This document shows, in pieces, positions 18,796 through 27,673 of a stretch of 64,000 nucleotides of DNA. The notes beneath the pieces are model-generated. The model did no database searches, was not told the DNA's origin, and saw only the letters and a list, made by a program, of their open reading frames with translations. The stretch covers positions 1,273,762 to 1,337,761 of the forward strand of contig CAVRJK010000002.1 of the NCBI GenBank assembly GCA_963721645.1. The letters are read 5' to 3'. Both the position numbers and the translations under genes were made by a program. Origin of the DNA: an uncultured bacterium (lineage in GTDB: Bacteria; Actinomycetota; Thermoleophilia; Solirubrobacterales; 70-9). The stretch's first letter is position 1, and each line of letters begins with the position of its first letter.

Positions 18796-20244
18796 TCAGC
18801 CTTCGTCTTCTGCGGAGGGAGGCGCTTCCTCGGGCGCCGGCTCTACCGGCGCATCCGTGAATACGTCCTCGGAGAGGCCGAGGTCGGGAACCTCGTCGGC
18901 GGGCGCCTCCGTGGCGGCCTCCGTAACGGCTTCCGTGACTTCGGCAGCGGCGGGCTCGCCGGCGGGGTCCTCAGCCTCGGGTGCGGCGGCGGCAGGAGCC
19001 TCGGGCTCAGCCGCTGCGGCTGCTGCCTCGGCGGCCGCGGCGTCATCGCTGGCGGCCTGGACGCTCGCCTTCAGCTCATCCGGGATCAGGTCTGAGAAAG
19101 CGTTGTTCTTCGTTTCCGCCCGCTTGATCGAGAGCGAGATGCGGCGGCGCTCCTCGTCGATCTCCAGGATGCGGACCCACTTCTCCTCGCCGGGGGTGAC
19201 GACCTCGCCCGGCGTCTCGACGTGGTGCTCTGCAAGCTCGGAGATGTGGACCAGGCCCTCAACGCCCGGGACGATCTCGATGAACGCACCGAAGGCGACG
19301 ACCTTGGTGACCTTGCCCTCCAGGACGTCGCCCTGGCGGTACTCGTTCAGCACCTTCTGCCACGGGTCTTCCTGGGTCTGCTTGAGGCCAAGCGAGATCC
19401 GCTGGCGATCGCGGTCGATGTCGAGGACCTTGACTCGCACGTCCTTGCCGATCTCGAGTACCTCGGACGGATGGTTGACGTGGCTCCACGAAAGCTCTGA
19501 GATATGAATGAGGCCGTCGATGCCCTCGAGGTCGACGAAGGCCCCGAAGTCGACGATGTTCGAGATCTTGCCCTCGACGATCTGGCCGGGCTCGAGGCGC
19601 TCCAGAATCTGCTCCCGGACCTCCTTGCGCTCCTCCTCCAGAACTGCGCGGCGCGAGAGCACGACGTTGTTGCGCGAGCGGTTGAGCTCGATCACCTTGC
19701 ACTCGAGGGTCTGGTCGCGGAACTCCTCGAGATTGTGGACGCGGCGGATGTCCACGAGAGAAGCGGGCAGGAAGCCGCGGACGCCGAGGTCGAGGATCAG
19801 GCCGCCCTTGACGACCTCGATCACGGAGCCTTCCACGGGCTCGCCCGTCTCGGCAGCGGCTTCGATCTTTCGCCAGGCCTTCTCGAAGCGCGCGCGCTTC
19901 TTGGAGAGGATGAGGCGGCCCTCTTGGTCCTCCTTGGTGAGGACCAGCGCGTCCACCTGCTCGCCCAGGTCGACCTCGTCGGCCGGATCCACCGAACGGC
20001 GGATCGAGAGCTCGTGAGCGGGAATGACGCCTTCCGACTTGTAGCCGATGTCGACCAGGACCTCGTCCTTGTCGATCCGCACTACCTCGCCGTTTACGAC
20101 GTCGCCCTCCTCGAACGGCTTGATCGTGGCCGCGTAATTGGGTACGAGCTTCCCATCGACCTCGATCATGAGGTCGTCGGAGGTCCCGTTCGAGGCGGGG
20201 GCCTCGACGGGGGCAGGGTCGATCACGGTCTCAGGCGTAGACAC
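18796..20244 (-). CDS. rpsA: 30S ribosomal protein S1
   Basis: Four S1 domains (GEVVRIDKDEVLVDIG, GSVIEVVKGGLILDLG, GKISNIVDFGAFVDL, GKVTKVVAFGAFIEI) and an acidic Ala/Glu/Pro tail. Confidence 0.95.
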   Translation of the reverse strand: MSTPETVIDPAPVEAPASNGTSDDLMIEVDGKLVPNYAATIKPFEEGDVVNGEVVRIDKDEVLVDIGYKSEGVIPAHELSIRRSVDPADEVDLGEQVDALVLTKEDQEGRLILSKKRARFEKAWRKIEAAAETGEPVEGSVIEVVKGGLILDLGVRGFLPASLVDIRRVHNLEEFRDQTLECKVIELNRSRNNVVLSRRAVLEEERKEVREQILERLEPGQIVEGKISNIVDFGAFVDLEGIDGLIHISELSWSHVNHPSEVLEIGKDVRVKVLDIDRDRQRISLGLKQTQEDPWQKVLNEYRQGDVLEGKVTKVVAFGAFIEIVPGVEGLVHISELAEHHVETPGEVVTPGEEKWVRILEIDEERRRISLSIKRAETKNNAFSDLIPDELKASVQAASDDAAAAEAAAAAAEPEAPAAAAPEAEDPAGEPAAAEVTEAVTEAATEAPADEVPDLGLSEDVFTDAPVEPAPEEAPPSAEDEG

Positions 20245-20316
20245 GGCTTCGGAGCTTAGCTACCGGTAGCCGCGCGTCCCGGTGCGATCAGGGCCCCCTG
20301 GCGATACTCTCGGGCC

Positions 20317-21552
20317 GTGCCAACCCGCTCGACCAAGCGCGGCGCGGACCGCACCCCGCTCGCAGGCGAATACGACGTCATCGTCTGCGGCGCGAGCTTT
20401 GCGGGCCTGACCGCCGCCCGCCAGCTCACCGGCTCGGGCGCTCGCGTCCTTTTGCTCGACCGCTACGACGTCGGAGAGCGACAGACCTCCGCCTGTGGCG
20501 TCCCGACCGCGTGGCTCCACGCGATGGGCGTCGAAGCCTCGGCTCGGCAGGAATTCGGCTGCCTCGTCGTCCATACGGCGCACGGGACCTCACGGTACGA
20601 GCTCCCTTGGACCCTCTCGACCTTCGACTATCGCGAACTCTGCCAGATCCTCTTCGAAGGCTGCGATGCAGAGTTCGAGACTGCGACGGTCGAGGGCCGA
20701 GGGCCCGGTCCGGCCGAGGCCCTGGCCGATGCCGAGGTTTCGGTGCCTCGTAGCCCGAGGGACAGGATGAATCCTGTCCCTCCGAGCCTTCGGCTCGGCC
20801 TCGAATCCCCGCACGTCGTGCGGACCGATCGGGGCGAGGTTTCCGCGCCCCTGGTGGTCGATGCGCTCGGCTGGCGGCGCGTACTGTCAGCGTCGGGCTA
20901 TCAGCCGCCTGATGCGCCGCTCTCCCGAGGCCTCGAGGTACATCCGGCTGGTTCCGGTGACGAACTCGAGATCTGGATCGACCGGCGCTACGTGCCCTCG
21001 GGTTATGCCTGGTCGTTCCCGGCGGGCGAGGAGACACGGGTCGGCGTTGGCTCCTTCGACCCGCAATTCCACGTGAAGGACACGACCGTCTTGCTCGCCG
21101 AGGACCTCGACCGTGAAGCGGTGGGGTACCAGGGCAACTGGATCCCGCACAAGCTCCGGCCCGCCGCGGAGGACGGGGTCTTCTTTTGCGGTGACTCGGC
21201 CGGGCACTGCATACCGCTGACCGCCGAGGGCATCCGCACCGCGTTCTACTTTGCGATCGCGGTCGGGGAGGAGCTCCGAAGCGTCGTCGAGGGGCGAAAA
21301 ACGCGAGAGGAAGCGCTTCGCGACTATTCCGCATTCAACGACGCGCACGAACGGAAGTTCAACGTGATGCTGCGCGCGCAGAAGACCGTGCCGCGCTTCC
21401 CGGCGCGGCTTCAACGTGGTCTTGTCGCCGCCGCGGGGCGGAAACGCTTCGTCGATTGGTCCTTCGAGCGCTACCTCGGGATCGCCCACCCGCACTACGC
21501 CCAGCAGCATGCCCGCACCTCGGCGCCCAGTCGCGTCGCCGAGCTCGTGTAA
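20317..21552 (+). CDS. FAD-dependent oxidoreductase (geranylgeranyl-reductase-like)
   Basis: YDVIVCGASFAGLTAARQL...VLLLD, VVDALG, FFCGDSAGHCIPLTAEGI. Contains a low-complexity insertion encoded by palindromic DNA at about 20740-20800. Confidence 0.75.
   Translation: MPTRSTKRGADRTPLAGEYDVIVCGASFAGLTAARQLTGSGARVLLLDRYDVGERQTSACGVPTAWLHAMGVEASARQEFGCLVVHTAHGTSRYELPWTLSTFDYRELCQILFEGCDAEFETATVEGRGPGPAEALADAEVSVPRSPRDRMNPVPPSLRLGLESPHVVRTDRGEVSAPLVVDALGWRRVLSASGYQPPDAPLSRGLEVHPAGSGDELEIWIDRRYVPSGYAWSFPAGEETRVGVGSFDPQFHVKDTTVLLAEDLDREAVGYQGNWIPHKLRPAAEDGVFFCGDSAGHCIPLTAEGIRTAFYFAIAVGEELRSVVEGRKTREEALRDYSAFNDAHERKFNVMLRAQKTVPRFPARLQRGLVAAAGRKRFVDWSFERYLGIAHPHYAQQHARTSAPSRVAELV
20757..20782. repeat. 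26-nt perfect palindrome inside a CDS
   Basis: gagggacaggat-ga-atcctgtccctc with 12-bp arms, immediately followed by the hairpin cgagccttcggctcg. Confidence 0.9.
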
Positions 21553-21606
21553 GCGTTTCGTGAGGGTCTGGCCCCTGTTTGCGTTTCGTGAGGGTCTGGC
21601 CCCTCA
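21553..21606. repeat. Tandem 28-bp repeat carrying the type-2 palindromic unit (TGAGGGTCTGGCCCCT)
   Basis: gcgtttcgtgagggtctggcccct at 21553 and again at 21581. The second copy abuts the stop codon of the minus-strand gene at 21604-21606. Confidence 0.9.
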
Positions 21607-22041
21607 GCGGACGATCAGGAACGTGCCGGCCAGGAGGAGTGCCACGCCGAGGATCCGGTCGGGCGTGATGGGCGTTTCGCCGAGGCCGAGGAAACCGGCC
21701 CGGTCGAGGAAGATCGAGAAGGTGAGCTGGCCGGTGATGGTCGCGGCGGCGACGCCTCCCGCTCCGATCGAGCTGACGGTCACGAGTGCGGTGAAGACGT
21801 AGGCGGCGCCGAGGATTCCGCCGAGGAGGAGGTACCACGGAACGCTGAAGGCCTCTCCTATCCCTCCCGACTGGCCCGCGAGGGCGACGATCACGGCCAG
21901 GAGCAGCGTCCCGATGGCAAACGAGACCAACGCGGCCGCGATGTTCCCCGTGGCCTTGCCGAGGCCCGAATTGATGGCGGGCTGCATGGCGATGAGACCG
22001 CCCGTGAGCGCCATCAGGGCTACTGCGATACCGCGATCCAT
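21604..22041 (-). CDS. DMT-superfamily small transporter (DUF606/YdcZ-like)
   Basis: 145 aa with about 5 TM segments. IAMQPAINSGLGK... is typical of DUF606. Confidence 0.75.
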   Translation of the reverse strand: MDRGIAVALMALTGGLIAMQPAINSGLGKATGNIAAALVSFAIGTLLLAVIVALAGQSGGIGEAFSVPWYLLLGGILGAAYVFTALVTVSSIGAGGVAAATITGQLTFSIFLDRAGFLGLGETPITPDRILGVALLLAGTFLIVR

Positions 22042-22077
22042 CAGTGCATCCTATGAAGGGATACCGGGCGAAACCCG

Positions 22078-24700
22078 CTACTTGACGGAGAGCCAGTCCG
22101 GGCCCGAGCCGGCGTTGACCTCAAGCGGAGGGTCGAGCACGAACGCGTCGCGCATCTCGCGCACCGCGATCTCCTTGGCCTGCTCCATCTCCGCCTCGGG
22201 CCCCTCGAAGAGGAGCTCGTCGTGGATCTGGAGGATCAGGCGGGTCTCGAGGTCTGACTCGGTGAGCGCGCGGTGGCAGTTGACCATCGCGAGCTTGATG
22301 ATGTCGGCCGCCGTGCCCTGGATGACCGTGTTGACGGCAAGGCGCTCCCCCAGACCACGGCGCTGCCTCTGACTGGAGCGAAGCTCCGGAATCCGGCGGC
22401 GGCGGCCGAGGAGCGTCGTTACGAATCCCTCGTCGGTGGCCTTGGCGATCGTTTCGTCGATGAAGGTCCGGATGGCGGGGAAACGCTCGAAGTAGCGCTC
22501 GATGTACTCGCCCGCTTCCATGCGCGAGATCCCGAGCCGGTCCGCGAGGCCGAAGTCGGTCAGCCCGTACGCGATTCCGTAGTTGACCATCTTCGCCTTC
22601 GAGCGCTCAGCCGGTGTGATCGCGTCGGGATCGGCGCCGATGATCCCTGCGGCGGTCGCCGAATGGACGTCCTCGCCCGTCAAGAAGATCTTGCGCAGGA
22701 CGTCCTCGTCTGCCACATGCGCGAGCACCCGCAGCTCGACCTGGTTGTAATCGCACGACAGCAGGAGGTTTCCCGTGTCGGCGACAAAGCAGCCGCGGAC
22801 CGGGCGGCCGACCTCCGAGCGGATCGGGATGTTCTGAAGGTTCGGGTTGGTGGACGAAAGCCGCCCGGTGGCTGCCGTCACCTGGTTGAAGGTCGTGTGG
22901 ATGCGATCCGTCTCGGGGTCGATCAGGCCGGGCAGCGAGTCGAGGTATGTGTTCTTGAGCTTGGTCAGCTCGCGCCATTGCTCGACCGCGGGGACGATCG
23001 GGTTCTCGTCGCGGATCGCAGAAAGGACGCGCGCGTCCGTGGAATAGCCCGTCTTGCCGCGCCGCTTGCGGGTCAGCCCGAGCTCGACGAAGAGCACCTC
23101 GCCGAGCTGGGAGGGAGAGCCGATCGTGAACTCGCGGCCGGCGGCTTCGTATATCTCCTTCTCGAGCTCATCGATCCGAGCCTCCATCCCCTCGCCGATC
23201 GCGGCCAGGCGCTCGCGTGTCGAGCTTCAGCCCTTCGCGCTCCATCGCCACGAGCACCTCGACCAGCGGGAGCTCCACCTCGCGCATTACGCGCTCGAGG
23301 CCGAACTCCGCGAGCTGGGCGCGCTGGCGCTCAGCCAGCTCCCAGGCGAGGCGGGCCTCGACCGCCGGGTCGCCCGTCGCCTCGGGGTCTTCTCCAAGCT
23401 CGAGCTGGGCATCGTCTGCTGCCGGCTCAGGCGCGTCACCTGAGCGGACTGCGATGCCCGCATCGGCAGCGAGCTCCTCGATCACGTACGTGCGGCGTGC
23501 GGGATCGACCAGGTAGGCGCCGATCATCGTGTCGTGATCGATCTCGACGCCCGCGGCGTTCGCCAGCAGGCCGTGGCGACCGCCGCCCAGATCCTTGACG
23601 TCGTGCGCAACGAGGGGGCGGTCCTTAAGGTCCCCGGCGAGGGCTGCGAGGTCAGCGGCGTCGCCGGTCACAACCCTGGCGCCGTCGGTGGCGGCGAATC
23701 TTCCCGACGTGATTGCCAGCCCGGTCGGCCCCTTCGGGAGCTCGGCCGGCGAGCCCTCCGCCGTCTCCAGCTCGATCGTCTCGTCGACCTCCCGTTCGGG
23801 GACGGGGCCTGCGTACTCCTCCTCAAGGCGCTGGATCACCGCTCGGAGCTCGAACTCCGCGGCGAACTCGCGGAGCCGCGAGAGGTCGGGTGTCGACTCG
23901 CCGCGATCGAGGATGTCGTCGGGAACGCCGACGTCGAGCTTCATCGTCGCGAGCTGCTTGGAGATCCGCGCGTCGTCGGCGTGGTTGGTCAGGTTTTCCT
24001 TGCGCTTGGCGCCCGAGATCTCGTCGACAGAGTCCAGAACCGCTTCCAGCGAGCCGAACTGCTGGAGGAGCTGCGCAGCGGTCTTGTCGCCGATGCCCGG
24101 AACGCCGGGAATGTTGTCCGAGGTATCGCCCTTCAGCCCGATCAGGTCGGGAACCAACTCGGGCTTCACGCCGTAGCGCTCGACAACCCCGTCGGAGTCG
24201 TAGACCTTCGTGTCAGTGACTCCGCGCGAGGTCGTCATCACGCGGGTGCCGTCTCCGACCAGCTGGTAGACGTCACGGTCGCCCGAGACGATCATCACGG
24301 GCCGCTTCCTTTCCTTGGCCCGGGTCGCGAGCGTCGCGATCACGTCGTCCGCCTCGAAGCCCTCGACATCCACGTTCGTAAAGCCGAAGGCCTCGGAGAG
24401 CGGCGCTAGGTGCGGCCACTGCTCTCGCAGGAGGTCGGGTTTCGACTTGCGGCCCGCCTTGTACTCGGGGTACTCCTTCTCGCGGCCCGACATTCCCCTG
24501 TCCCACGCGACGATCACGGTTCCGGGCGCATGGTCGATCAGGAGCTTGGCCATCATCGAGGCGAAGCCGTAGATCGCGTTCGTTGGCCTTCCGTCGGCCG
24601 TGGCGATCGACTCGGGGAGCGCGAAGAAGGCTCGGTAGGCAAGCGAGTTGCCGTCGATCAGGAAGATCTCACCGTCGACTGGCTTGGGCGGGGCCGGCAC
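22078..24700 (-). pseudogene. polA: DNA polymerase I, reading frame interrupted by an apparent 1-nt insertion near 23215 (possible sequencing error)
   Basis: ORF 23168..24700 is the 5'-3' exonuclease plus the proofreading-like region and ends ...MEREGLKLDT followed by junk. ORF 22078..23187 is the polymerase domain (RLSSTNPNLQNIP, DYNQVELRVLAH, QIHDELLFE). The downstream frame reads ERLAAIGEGMEARIDELEKEIY directly after the break. Confidence 0.85.
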
Positions 24701-24716
24701 GCTTCGATCCTACGCG

Positions 24717-24787
24717 GAGGGGTCAGACCCCTCACAAGCCGCTAACACGGCTCGAAGTGTGAGCGAATCATGAGGGGTCTGACCCCC
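24717..24787. repeat. Type-1 composite palindromic element (copy A)
   Basis: gaggggtcagacccctc (24717-24733), a 38-nt spacer, then gaggggtctgaccccc (24772-24787). It lies between the polA start and the 3' end of the DCC gene. Confidence 0.9.
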
Positions 24788-25166
24788 TGCGTACCTGGCA
24801 GCTGGCGTCGATCCGCAGCAGGCGTGCGAGGCGGTTGCGGTTGCCAGAGACCGCGCGGTAGGCGCGCTCGGTCGGGCCGGGTAGCGCGCGGGCCACGGCC
24901 GCCAGGGGCCGGCCACCCGGCAGCACGTCGAAGAGGGGCGCCGCCGCGGAGCCGGCCGAGCGGACTTCGCCCGACGGGGCTGCCAGATGCCAGGAATCGA
25001 GCCGGCGCTCCTCGGGGACGGCGGCCAGCAGTCGCTGGCCCTCTTCGCTCTGGATTGGCAACGGGCGCAGCTTGTGAGATCGATCCCAGGCGAGGATCTT
25101 GTCCAGGCTCCACTTGCAAAAGCCGCAGTCTTCGTCGTAAAGCACGGTTGCCTCGGGATCGGCCAT
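24768..25166 (-). CDS. Thiol-disulfide oxidoreductase DCC family (DUF393)
   Basis: VLYDEDCGFCKWS motif. The last codons RRGSDPS* are encoded by repeat copy A. Confidence 0.85.
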   Translation of the reverse strand: MADPEATVLYDEDCGFCKWSLDKILAWDRSHKLRPLPIQSEEGQRLLAAVPEERRLDSWHLAAPSGEVRSAGSAAAPLFDVLPGGRPLAAVARALPGPTERAYRAVSGNRNRLARLLRIDASCQVRRGSDPS

Positions 25167-25186
25167 GGCAAACCAAGATAGATATC

Positions 25187-25251
25187 CGGTGCCAGGTACC
25201 GAGCCCGATCGGCGAGATCAGGGGTGTCGCGGGACCGGGTACCTGGCACCG
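25187..25251. promoter_or_regulatory. 14-bp perfect inverted repeat pair in a divergent promoter region
   Basis: cggtgccaggtacc (25187-25200) and ggtacctggcaccg (25238-25251), separated by 37 nt. Each arm is about 20 nt from a divergent start codon. Confidence 0.5.
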
Positions 25252-26726
25252 CTCCATATATTCGCCTCGTGGCTTCGTCTGTCTCCGCCCAGTTCTCAGT
25301 GACCGTCCGCGTCGAGCTGGACGCGCGCCAGGAGCCCCTGGGCAAGCTGACCGCCTCGATCGCGGAGACCGGGGGCGCGCTTCAGTCGGTGGATCTCGTG
25401 CCAGGCGCCGGCGCCGAGGGCAAGCGCGTGCGCGAGTTCACGATCGACGCCCGCGACCAGACCCATTGGGAAACAATCCTGCGGGCGATCGGCTCGACCC
25501 GGGGCGCCCGCGTCCTCGACTACGTCGATCGCACGATGGCGATGCACCGCGGCGGCAAGATCGAGCAGCACAACAAGTACCCCTTGAAGACTCGCGACGA
25601 CCTCTCGATGGCCTACACGCCCGGAGTCGCCAGGGTCTGCCAGGAGATCGCGGCCGACCGCCAGAAGGCCTTCGAGTTCACGATCAAGAAGAACACGGTC
25701 GCGGTCGTCTCCGACGGCTCAGCCGTCCTCGGCCTGGGCGACATCGGGCCCGAGGCGGCGATGCCCGTCATGGAGGGCAAGGCGATGCTCTTCAAGGAGT
25801 TCGCCGACGTGGACGCGTTCCCGATCTGCCTGGACACCAACGACCCGGACCGGATCATCGAGGCCGTGAAACTCATGGCGCCCACCTTCGGAGGAATCAA
25901 CCTCGAGGACATCTCCGCCCCACGCTGCTTCTACATCGAGGAGACGCTCAAGGACGAGCTCGACATCCCCGTCTTCCACGACGACCAGCACGGCACGGCG
26001 GTCGTGACCATGGCCGCGCTCTTCAACGCGCTCAAGATCGTCGGCAAGCCGATCGAGTCGTTGCGCGTTCTCGTCGTCGGCCTCGGCGCCGCGGGCGTCG
26101 CGGTAACCAAGATGATGCTGGCCTCAGGCGTCGAGCACGTGATCGGCTGCGACCGCCAGGGTGCGCTCTCGACCGAGCGGGCGGATTACCAGGACGGCAG
26201 CCTCTCCGACATCAAACGCTGGTACGCAGAGAACTCCAACCCCGACAAGCTCCTCGGGGGTCCGAACGAAGTGATCGAGGCCTGCGACGTGTTCGTCGGC
26301 CTCTCCGGGCCCGGGATCCTCCAGGCCGCCTCGCTGGAGAAGATGGGTGCCGATCCGATCGTCTTCGCGATGTCCAACCCCACTCCCGAGGTGATGCCCG
26401 AAGAGGCGGAGCCGTTCGTGCGGATCATGGCCACCGGCCGCTCCGACTACCCAAACCAGATCAACAACGTCTTGTGCTTCCCCGGCGTCTTTCGTGGCGC
26501 GCTCGACGCGGGCGCGGCCCGGATCACAGAGCCGATGAAGCTCGCGGCGGCCAAGGGGATCGCCGAGGTCGTCGCGGACGAGGATCTCTCCGAGGACTAC
26601 ATCATCCCCTCCGTCTTCGATCGGGATGTCGCGCCGGCGGTGGCCAAAGCGGTTGTAGAGGAGGCGCGTCGCGAGGGCATCGCGAGGATCTCCGAAGAAA
26701 CAGGGACGTTCGCGACCCTCGAATAG
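25224..26726 (+). CDS. NAD(P)-dependent malic enzyme with N-terminal ACT-like domain
   Basis: YTPGVARVC, VVSDGSAVLGLGDIGPEAAMPVMEGKAMLFKEFADVDAFPI, VGLGAAGVA, NPTPE. The start may instead be GTG 25269, 6 nt after a TATATT hexamer. Confidence 0.9.
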   Translation: MSRDRVPGTAPYIRLVASSVSAQFSVTVRVELDARQEPLGKLTASIAETGGALQSVDLVPGAGAEGKRVREFTIDARDQTHWETILRAIGSTRGARVLDYVDRTMAMHRGGKIEQHNKYPLKTRDDLSMAYTPGVARVCQEIAADRQKAFEFTIKKNTVAVVSDGSAVLGLGDIGPEAAMPVMEGKAMLFKEFADVDAFPICLDTNDPDRIIEAVKLMAPTFGGINLEDISAPRCFYIEETLKDELDIPVFHDDQHGTAVVTMAALFNALKIVGKPIESLRVLVVGLGAAGVAVTKMMLASGVEHVIGCDRQGALSTERADYQDGSLSDIKRWYAENSNPDKLLGGPNEVIEACDVFVGLSGPGILQAASLEKMGADPIVFAMSNPTPEVMPEEAEPFVRIMATGRSDYPNQINNVLCFPGVFRGALDAGAARITEPMKLAAAKGIAEVVADEDLSEDYIIPSVFDRDVAPAVAKAVVEEARREGIARISEETGTFATLE

Positions 26727-26738
26727 GGCATTGGAGCT

Positions 26739-27656
26739 TTGATGAGATTTCTCGTGACAGGCGCCACCGGCGCCATCGGATCGGCCGTCTGCGACGCGCT
26801 ACTGGCACGCGGCGACGAGGTGGTGGGCCTGTCGCGCAACCCCGAAAAGGCGCGCCAGACCAATCCGACGGTCACCTGGCACGCGTGGGAGCCCGTGTCC
26901 GAGCGACCACCCGCAGAGGCTTTCGCAGGCGTCGACGGCGTGATCAACCTCGTCGGCGAAGAGATCAACCAGCGCTGGAACGACGAGGTGAAGAAGCGGA
27001 TTCGCGACAGCCGGATCCGCGCCACCAAGAATCTTGTCGACGGCATGCTGGCCGCCGATCCGCGGCCGAAAACGCTGGTCTCCGGTGCCGCGGTGGGCGT
27101 TTACGGGCTCGAGAACGGCGACCGGATCCTCGACGAGGACTCCTCCGCCGGCTCGGACTTCCTCGCGCAGGTGGTCGTCGACTGGGAAGCCGCGGCGGCT
27201 GAGGCGGCCAAGGGCGGCGTGCGTGTCGCAACCGTGCGTACGGGCCTCGTGCTCGACCCGGACTCGGGCCTTCTCAAGCAGCTCCTACCCATCTTCAAGC
27301 TCGGCGGCGGCGGACCGCTGGGCGGCGGTGATCAGTACATGCCGTGGATCCACATCGACGACGAGGTCGGGCTGATCCTGTGGTCGCTCGACACTCCCGG
27401 CATCTCCGGCCCGGTGAACGTCACGGCCCCGAATCCGGTGACCAACAGGCACTTCTCGAAGACGCTCGGCAAGGTCCTGAAGCGCCCGGCCATCTTCCCG
27501 GCTCCCAAGTTTGCGGTCAAGGCTCTTCGTGGCGGCGAGGTGGCGGAGTTCGTCACGGCCAGCCTTCGCGTCGTGCCGCGCCGGCCGCTGGACAAGGGCT
27601 TCACCTTCCGCCACCCGGACCTCGAGCCGGCGCTTCGCGACCTCTTGGACCGCTAG
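26739..27656 (+). CDS. TIGR01777-type epimerase-family protein (SDR fold plus DUF1731; YfcH-like)
   Basis: FLVTGATGAIGSAV...; GDQYMPWIHIDD; C-terminal GFTFRHPDLEPAL. Confidence 0.85.
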   Translation: MMRFLVTGATGAIGSAVCDALLARGDEVVGLSRNPEKARQTNPTVTWHAWEPVSERPPAEAFAGVDGVINLVGEEINQRWNDEVKKRIRDSRIRATKNLVDGMLAADPRPKTLVSGAAVGVYGLENGDRILDEDSSAGSDFLAQVVVDWEAAAAEAAKGGVRVATVRTGLVLDPDSGLLKQLLPIFKLGGGGPLGGGDQYMPWIHIDDEVGLILWSLDTPGISGPVNVTAPNPVTNRHFSKTLGKVLKRPAIFPAPKFAVKALRGGEVAEFVTASLRVVPRRPLDKGFTFRHPDLEPALRDLLDR

Positions 27657-27673
27657 GCCGCTCGGCATCTCCC

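Noticed and set aside
20259-20270. 12-bp palindrome GCTACCGGTAGC between rpsA and the oxidoreductase gene as an operator
   Set aside because: A single short palindrome with no second copy in the window and no associated regulator. It could be chance, so I did not promote it to a finding.
24770-27202. 810-aa plus-strand ORF, the longest ORF in this area
   Set aside because: It is extremely Arg/Gly/Pro-rich with no motifs. It runs out of frame or antisense across well-supported genes (DCC protein, malic enzyme, epimerase-family gene). This is the typical spurious open frame of high-GC DNA.
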